A DNA stretch of 64,000 nt from the human T2T-CHM13v2.0 reference genome, Homo sapiens, in assembly GCF_009914755.1 (NCBI RefSeq), contig NC_060927.1; one strand, written 5' to 3'. Shown here one piece after another: positions 56,080-64,000 of this stretch. Each line of letters starts with the position of its first letter. Position 1 is the stretch's first letter. Under the pieces are notes generated by a model. The model worked only from the letters and a program-made list of their open reading frames with translations, had not been told where the DNA came from and made no database searches. The translations under genes and the position numbers were made by a program.

Positions 56080-57100
56080 GTATGAATTAGGATTAAATTT
56101 AGTTGTAAGCAGCAACAAAACGACAAAATACAAAACTAAAGTGACTTATGTAAGATATAAGTTTATTTCTCTCCCATAAAAGTCGAGAGTTAGGCAGTGC
56201 AAGCTAGCATAGTGGTTTTTCTCCATTCTTAGGAATGCAGCCTACTTTCAGCTCACTGTATACCCTTCTATAAGGCAGGAATTTGGGCACTGCATGGATG
56301 GGTCCTCTGCTTTAGGGCTTTCATGAAGGTGGAATCAAGGTGTCGGCTGGGGCTGGAATCTCATATGAATGATTGACCAGAAAAGACTCACTCTCAGGCT
56401 CATTTGATTATTGGCAGGATTCAGTTTCTTGTGGCCTGTTGGACTAGAGACCTCATTTACTTCCTGGGTATTGACCAGCGGCTGCCCTCATTTCCTGTCC
56501 TAACACGGCAGCCTGCGTCACCAAAACGTGCAAGTTGTGAAGGCAATAGAGAGTCTGTTAGCAAGATGGGTATTGACAGTTTATGCAACACAACTATGGA
56601 AGTGACATCACGTAATCTTTGCTGCATTCCATTGGTTAGAAGTAAGTCACAGGCCTGCCCATGCTCAGGGTAGGGGATAAGACAGGGGTGAGAACACTAG
56701 GAGGGAGAGTAATTGGGGGCCATTTTAGAGTTTGTCCACCAGTAATAATTTGGTCTCACATAGCTGTGGGTGGATGGGGTTGAGAGGCTGTGCTTTACCT
56801 TAAAGTCTGCAGGATTTGATCTGTGCCGTGTATTTGTCATCCTGCTCAGAGTATGCAGGTTAGTGGGGAATGTGCTTCTCACAGTATTGGCAGAGGCACA
56901 AGACAGCAAGCTGAACTACATGCGTGTGTTTCTGATATCTACTTGCATCACATTCACTAATATCCCATTGTCCAAACAAGTCACATGGCTATGCCCAAAG
57001 TTAAGGGGTAGAGAAATGCACGCTGTTCTTTAGTGGAAGGTATGCAAAACATGTGTATGCATGGAAGGTGAAGAATTGGGCCCAACAGTTCAATTTACAA
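56080..57100 (-). mobile_element. Nested or adjacent MLT1-type MaLR LTR fragments
   Basis: tcaaggtgtcggctggggctggaatctcat...attccattggttagaagtaagtcac...ggggccattttagagtttgtccacca; tcccattgtccaaacaagtcacatggc. Confidence 0.6.
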
Positions 57101-57307
57101 CAGTGCAAAAACAAGAAGAGACAGTATTGTTTTGGTGAGAGTGGCCTTGTGACTCAATCCACACATTGCAAGTGAACTTCTTGTTTTGAATCCATGAGTT
57201 ATTTGAAACAGAGCTACTTATTTGAATAAACGGATGTATGTCCATGTTGTGGTTGGGTAGTGGGGGTGGGTACTGGCATGTCGCTCACCACGCCGGCATA
57301 TACTAAT

Positions 57308-57655
57308 ACAGGGACTGGCAAGTGATAGATCAGATCTAGCCCCTCTCCCCAACCCCTTATTTGCTTTTGCAGAGGTTTCAAGTTGAGACTGGTTTTTACA
57401 TTTTTAAATGGTTGAAAAGCAATCAGAAGAGCACTATGTCATGACACATGAAAATTAGATAAAATTCAAATTTCTGTATCCATGAAGTTTTATTTGAACA
57501 TAGCCATGCTCATTCATTTATATATTTTCTATGCTGTTTTCTTCAACTACAATGGCTGCAATGATTGTTGAGTAGTTGCAACAGAGATTGCATGCCTTGA
57601 AAAGCCTGAAACATTTATTATCTTGTTCTTTGCAGAAAAATATGGAAACTCCTGC
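57308..57655 (+). mobile_element. MER58B-like hAT element
   Basis: ggtttttacatttttaaatggttgaaaa...aaattcaaatttc...aaagcctgaaacatttattatct...cagaaaaa. Confidence 0.75.
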
Positions 57656-57687
57656 ACAAATAGAGAAAATGCCACATATATGTATAC

Positions 57688-57770
57688 ATATCACTTAATT
57701 AAAAATTTAGCAGTATAAGAAAAATGGATATCACTTAATTAAAATTTCAGAGGTGTAAGAGAAATTGGAG
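57688..57770 (+). repeat. ~40-bp tandem duplication (2 copies)
   Basis: atatcacttaattaaaa...taaga(a/g)aaat(t)gga occurs twice. Confidence 0.8.
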
Positions 57771-58577
57771 ATAATTTTTTAAGTATTACTCTTTAGAGAT
57801 GTGGAAACAGGGGCCAAGATAGCCAAAGTAACTGGCTTAAGTAATACATTATGTGAGTGGCAAAACTTGAGAATATTTCCCAATTAAAAAATTTTTTTCT
57901 CTGCAATACACTGTCATCCAACATTTTTTCTAAGTTTCATTAAAAAAAATAAATTTAAAACGGGATAGGCCAAAGCGTCATGCCATCTCATCTACATTTG
58001 CTACTCAATTTATTTTCATTAATATTGTGATCCTTTTTGATTAATGTGATGAATGTTTCTTACATGGATGGGAAATGTATCAATTATAGGGTTAATTAAT
58101 GTTGATGTTCAAACTCAGAATGGAGTCATATTAATTGAATACATCTATTTGATGGGGGCCTAATTAATTAGGTTCTGAAAACCTCTTCTGATAAGCTCCA
58201 CTCCGTGCTAATGAGCCCCATGGATCACTGTGTTAAGATCTCACTGTTGCCACCTTTCCCCTTCACTATTATGGCCATGTTTAATTTGTTCACATGGTTC
58301 TCAGAGTCAATAACTAGGCCTTTATTTTTACACCATGTCGTGGGAGTTAGGAATATTCACTCTCTAATTCAGTACAGTGCCTGCATAATGCATGTCATAG
58401 AAGAAGCTGCCTAGCTAGACTGTTAAGCACTAAACAAACAAACAAAATAATCAAATCGGCGTTAAGAAAGTATGGGAGTAATGTTAAGGTAAAAATAGTC
58501 TTTACAAAAAGAGCCAACAAAGCTTTAAGTTTAACATGTTTGCTATAAAAGTAGCATAGAGATAGAAATTACAGAGT

Positions 58578-58905
58578 TTTTTTTCTGGTTTTTTTTTTTG
58601 TTTTTTTTTTTTTAAGAGATGGGGTCTTGCTCTGTCAGCCAGCCTGGAGTGCAATGGCATAATTATAGCTCACTGTAACCTTGAACTCCTGGGCTCAAAG
58701 GACACTCCTATGTTAACCTCCCAAGCAGTTAGGATTACAGACATGCTACTATGCTCAGCTAAGTTTTTCTTCTTCTTATTTTTTTTGTAGAGACAGAGTC
58801 TCCCTACATTGCCCAGGCTGGTCTTAAACTCCTGGGTTCAAGTGACCCTCCTGCCTCAGCCTCCTAAAGTGCTGGGATTACAGGTGTGAGCCACCACGCA
58901 CGGTC
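58578..58905 (-). mobile_element. AluJ
   Basis: TSD-like agaaattacagagttt / agaaatcacagggttt. Confidence 0.9.
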
Positions 58906-58994
58906 AGAAATCACAGGGTTTAAATGACATCTATTTTTTTCCTCTCCATCCTTTAAAAAATAAATAAATAAGTAAATAAATGGGTAAGTAAATG

Positions 58995-59320
58995 TTTATC
59001 TTTACTAGGGTTTAATTTACATACAGTAAATTCACAGATCTTAAGTACACAGTTTAATTAGTTTTGATAAATGACATGCCCAGGTAATGATGGCCCTAAT
59101 CAAGACAGATAATATTTCTAACAGTGCAGCATAATTGCTTATGTCCCCTTCCAAACAATCCCCCTGCCCAGAAACAACCATTTTTTTATTTTTATCATCA
59201 GAAATTAGTTTTTCCTATTCTTGAACTTCATATACATGAAACCTTACAGAATGTGTTCTTTTTCGTCTGACTTACTTCATTCAGCATGTGTGTGACATTT
59301 TCATCCCTGTCCTTGTAACA
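58995..59320 (-). mobile_element. L1M 3' fragment
   Basis: taatttacatacagtaaattcacagatcttaagtacacagtt...gtctgacttacttcattcagcat. Confidence 0.75.
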
Positions 59321-59321
59321 G

Positions 59322-59772
59322 CGTGGTGGTTAATATTGAGTGTCAACTTGATTGGATTGAAGGATGCAAAGTATTGGTTCTTGGGTGTGTCTGTGAGGGT
59401 GTTACCGAAGGAGATTAAAATTTTTGAGTCAGTGGACTGGGAAAGGCAGACCCACCCCCGATCTGGGTGGGCACCATCTAATCAGCTGCCAGCATGGCCA
59501 GAATAAAAGCTGGTGGAAGAACAAGGAAGAACTAGACTGGTTTAATCTCTAAGCCTACATCTTTCTCCCACGCTGGATGCTTCCTGCCCTTGAACATTGG
59601 ACTCCAAGTTCTTCAGCTTTGGGACTCGAGCTGGCTTCTTTTCTCCTCAGCTTGCAGATGGCCTATTGTGGGACCTCACTTTGTAATGGTGTAAGTTAAT
59701 GCTCCTTAATAAACTCCCCTTTATATACACATCTATCCTATTAGGTCCCTTTAGAGAACCCTGACTAATACA
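59322..59772 (+). mobile_element. MLT2A1 (HERV-L) solo LTR
   Basis: gtggtggttaatattgagtgtcaacttgattggattgaagg...gagaaccctgactaataca; ~450 bp, lacking the internal segment I recall for MLT2A2. Confidence 0.85.
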
Positions 59773-60270
59773 AATGTAATCCCACAAGCCCTTAGCAAGA
59801 GAAGAGGAAGGTAGAAGATGTGGTGGAAGAGGAAGGGAGAGGAGAGATGAGGCAGAAGGGGAGGTCAGAGAGATTCTAGGAATGAGAAGGACTTCACCTG
59901 CCATTGCTGATTTTACAGATGGAGGAAAAGGGCCGCCAACCAGGAAATGCAAGCACCCCTAGTTGCTGAGAACAGCTCCTGGCTGACAACCAGCCAGGAA
60001 ATAAGGATCTCAGTCTTACAACCACATGGAACTGAATTCTGCCAACAACTAAGTGAGCTTGGAAGTGAATCCATCCCTAGGGCCTCTGGAAAGGAATACA
60101 ACCCTGCCAACACCTTGATTTTGACCTTGTGGAACCTGGAGCAGAGAACCAGTTGAGCCATGCAGTGTCTAGACTTCTGAATTACAGACTGTGAGATAAT
60201 TAATGAGTGTTGTTTTAAGCCATTAAAATTGTGGTAATTTGTTAGATGGCAGCATTAAGAAACTAAAACA
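59773..60270 (+). mobile_element. MLT1D-like MaLR LTR (5' part missing)
   Basis: gatggaggaaaagggccgccaaccaggaaatgc...ggaactgaattctgccaacaac...tgttgttttaagccattaaaattgtggtaatttgtta. Confidence 0.8.
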
Positions 60271-61417
60271 TCAGGGTTAAATATTCATAAGCCTACATTA
60301 GCCAAGAAGAAATATAAATGAATACATGTGTATTGCTCAGGCTGGGTGTAAAATGATAAACAGTAGATGATCCTTTTCCTCAGTCTTTGGGGAGGCAAGA
60401 GGGAATGGTGGGGGCTGTGGAGAACTGGAGGGTGCATAGTTTATCTAAGGAAAATCATCCCTACTAAGATCCAGCATATTATAGTAAGGTAAGCTCTGTG
60501 TTGCAAGATGTGATCTTCAAGATAAGCTAGAAATTCAAATTTTAATGCATTTAATTCAAATGTTTTAATGCATTTAAAACATTTCTTTATTTTAGACAAT
60601 TTATAACTAATGCAATTTATAAATACAAACAAAATATGGTTGGGAAATAGATGTAACCTGAAGGATATCAGTTTGTGGCTTTTTGACAAGATATCCTAAA
60701 CTTATTTGACCCTGCCAATAGGGAAAGCGTAATGTGAAGTTCATAACTAAAAAACCACAAGGCAAGTTCTGAATCACTACTGAATGGTTATTTAAGTATT
60801 TAAATGTCTTCTCTAAAATGGGAATAATCATTCCAATTTCATAACTATGCGAAGATTAATTATGAAAATGCACATAATACCTTGTATATCAGTATGTGTT
60901 AGCTATTATTTTTATTTTACTGGTACAGGGGTGGGTGCAGTTTAGAATTGGCTGTCAGATTTATAGGATGAAACAGGCTTTCATTAATCAAACACTATCT
61001 CTACTCAGCTTTATAGAAAGATACAGGATGGGAAATACATTCTGTATAGCACCTTTATCTCATCAGGGGCCTAGCAGCTACCCAAGGACACGACTTCCCT
61101 TGCCCTCCCAACCACAAGATCGTGTGGGCTTATGTAGAACAAGAACTTCATACATGTGGGTCACTTTGACAGCATCTGAGGCCTTGGTTTGCCATCAGTT
61201 CTATCCATGTAGGCCCACAGTCTGCATGCCAATCACAGCTCCAAGATCAGGGTTTCACAGCAAAGAAGGACAACATAACATTCCACATTTATCTCAACTC
61301 TGTAATGGTTTCCAAGGAAATAGGACTCTGATTTTCATTTTTTCCAGGCAGGCCTGGGTCAGCCCAGGCTGATGTAAACTGTTTTCTTGCAATTAGTAAC
61401 AATCCTTTGGAGGGGAG

Positions 61418-61855
61418 GTGTTAGTTTCCTGTGGATGCTGTCACAGATGACCACAGATTTGGTAGTTCAAAACAACAAAAATTTATTCTCACATACTTTT
61501 GGTGACCAGAAGCCCCAAATCAAGTTGTTGGCAGGACCAGACTCTCTCCAAGTACGTAGGGGAGAATTCTTTCTCGACTCTTCCAGCTTCTGTTTGCTCT
61601 AGGCATTCCATGGCTTGTGGCTGCATAACTCCAATCTTTGCCTCTAGATTTACAGGGCTCCTTTTCAACAGGACTGTTGTAAGGACATTTGTCATTGGAT
61701 TCAGGGCACACCCAGCTAATCCAGGATAATCTTATTTTGAGATCCTTAATTATATCTACAAAGATTACATTTTTTTTTTTCCAAATAATGTAACAGCTTC
61801 CAGGGGTTAGGATATAGACATATCTTTCTAGGGGCTACCATTCAACCTATGCCAG
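61418..61855 (-). mobile_element. MLT1B/C-like MaLR LTR
   Basis: gtgttagtttcctgtggatgctg...aaacaacaaaaatttattctcac...gtcattggattcagggcacacc...ccattcaacct. Confidence 0.8.
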
Positions 61856-62366
61856 GTAGGTGGTGAGCATATTATTGCTCCTATTGCATAGATTCACACT
61901 CTTGGCAGCCAAGGATATAGGAATATGGGCAGCTAATTAAGACCTTACGACCAGAAAAAAGCTAAATGGCTTGGACACAGATTGAATCAGTGACGTCAGG
62001 CTGTTTAGCCTTGTCCTTTGCTCTTAAGAGAAAAATCGGCTTTTGGAGGATGGGGATCTAGTCTGCAGGTGCCATATCCCCTTTGCTACTTCCTCCTGCA
62101 GCCAATAAAGGCCATTTTTACCATAAAAAAAAAAGGAGAGAAAGTTGGACACCATAATGAGGACTTTTGTTAAAGACAAATGTGTGGTGGTAAGTTTCCC
62201 CTTAGAATGTACCATGACAGCAATTCATCCGGGCTTAATATGTGAGCGATTGAGTTGTGTTCCTGTTGGTCTCTCTGTGAAAGTTGGTTTGATTTTGCTT
62301 TAAGAACCCAGCTCCTGGAAGCATGACTTTGAACTTCTCAATCATTGGTCAGGTGGTCGGTTTATA

Positions 62367-62564
<198 letters not shown>

Positions 62565-63234
62565 TGAATGTTTTCCCCAGGAGCTAAAAAAGACAATGAG
62601 TATACAGGCTTGTTCAGACAAACACCGGATCATTCTTTGCTGGAGGAAACAATCGTTCAAATCCATTTTCTCTCGCCTGCATCTGGGGAATTCAGATTTT
62701 AGATTTTGTGAATCTGTTAATGGCAGAGGGCTTGGAATCACAAAACAGCTCCTCATTTAGCTTTAGAGTTATGAAAGCGCCAGAGAGTTGGCTTATACCT
62801 TCCTCCTGAAATAAGAAATAATTAGCACCTCATGTGACAACTCATTCGACACGTTAGTCACCAGGCGTGCGTTTGTCCCATGCTAATGTGAATCTGGTGT
62901 GAATCTATGGTTTCATTTTCTTTTCAGTGTGTAGTGTAATGAAATTCTCTCTTAGTCTCAATTTTATGAAATAGTGGTGAAGAAAAAGATGTAGCGAGGT
63001 TATTAAGCCCTTCCCCAGCCTTGAGATATGCTTAACTCTTACTCTTCTTAACTCATTGAAGTGATTTAACTTTGATTACCCAGGTAATTCAGGCGAAAGA
63101 CCTATTCTCTTGTGTTCACTGTTTAGACCGGCTGGTGATTACCTGTTTAATGAAAGGCAGTGAGTTTAACAATTCCATTAAATTTCACACCCTATAAAAC
63201 ATGGAAGTCATTGGCAGCATCAATGCTGCATGAG

Positions 63235-63445
63235 TTTAATAATGGGAAATAATGCTTTATGGAACTACACAGTTTACAAAGCACTTTCTATTTATTATTC
63301 TATTTAAGTTTTGTGAGATGGGTGGTATTATATCCATTTTAAAAATGAGATAAGTGTAGGGTCAGAGTACTTAAATAGCTAATAGATAACAATATCTGTG
63401 GTGACATAGCTAGCTAGTTAATGCTAGAGTGGGGACTTGAACCTA
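63235..63445 (-). mobile_element. MIR SINE
   Basis: tttacaaagcactttc...tattatatccattttaaaaatgag...gggacttgaacct. Confidence 0.65.
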
Positions 63446-64000
63446 ATAGCTCCTCCTTTCTTTTGTACAACATGAGTTCTTTAAATCCAAGCACAGTTGC
63501 TCAGGCAGTTGAGAACAAGGACCATGGGTAAATGATTTGTTACAACTGTGGAGTTTAAAAGATGGTCAGGACCTTAAGGGTCACTGAATTGTATTACTTC
63601 ATCTACACAATGGGAGCTGGAGATATTGCTTCTCACTCTAGGCTTGAAAACTCTAGGCTTAGTTAGACAGATCTGAGCTTGCAAAGACAAATGCTTCAGC
63701 CTTTTTTACAGGGAGGTAAGGAAGCTGGGGTTCTGAAAGGGCAAGGAGCTTGCCCAAGGTCGCACAGCTGGCTTGTGGTAGAGTTGAGAGTTTTGATCCA
63801 GATCTCATATCATTTGGTGCATTGCCTAAGTCGCTCTTAGCACTTAGAGTGAATTTCACTTACCAGTTTACTTTAGGATCCACATAAGTTTTCTTATAAA
63901 GAAATTTTAAAAGTGCTGGTTAAATAGCAAGGCCATTTATAGACTTCTGCGTCACCATGGAATGCTTTCCAGAAATATAAAGTTGCAACTGAGATTCTCT

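Noticed and set aside
60896-61372. 158-aa ORF in non-Alu sequence
   Set aside because: Non-ATG start inside a MIR-like remnant, no recognisable domain and no supporting exon structure.

Overview
Hominoid (human or great-ape) genomic DNA. Bases 1-1759 are the last intron of EDEM1. The terminal exon starts at 1760 and encodes the C-terminal 29 aa ([29 protein letters not shown]), followed by a ~4 kb 3' UTR ending near 5890. The remaining ~58 kb is repeat-rich intergenic sequence: ~35 Alu elements or monomers, MIR/L2, MaLR, ERV1 and ERVL solo LTRs, hAT and Tigger DNA transposon fossils, and L1 fragments. I found no additional protein-coding gene; the long ORFs in the track come from Alu, L1, SVA or microsatellite sequence. 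I see no convincing new multi-gene system. The most notable structures are: (1) a full-length minus-strand SVA carrying a ~400 bp 3' transduction with its own AATAAA and poly(A), all inside a perfect 17-bp TSD, with a collapsed VNTR containing a palindromic scar; (2) a 44-bp near-perfect inverted repeat containing the MIR4790 hairpin; (3) a ~510 bp compound CCATA(CA)n array with signs of higher-order block duplication; (4) an MLT2A1 solo LTR retaining DUX4-like motifs and a GTAAGT donor; (5) a full-length 7SL retropseudogene; (6) three loci where the same target site appears to have been used twice by Alu. Gene and repeat-family names are from recognition without database searches; subfamily calls and repeat boundaries are approximate.
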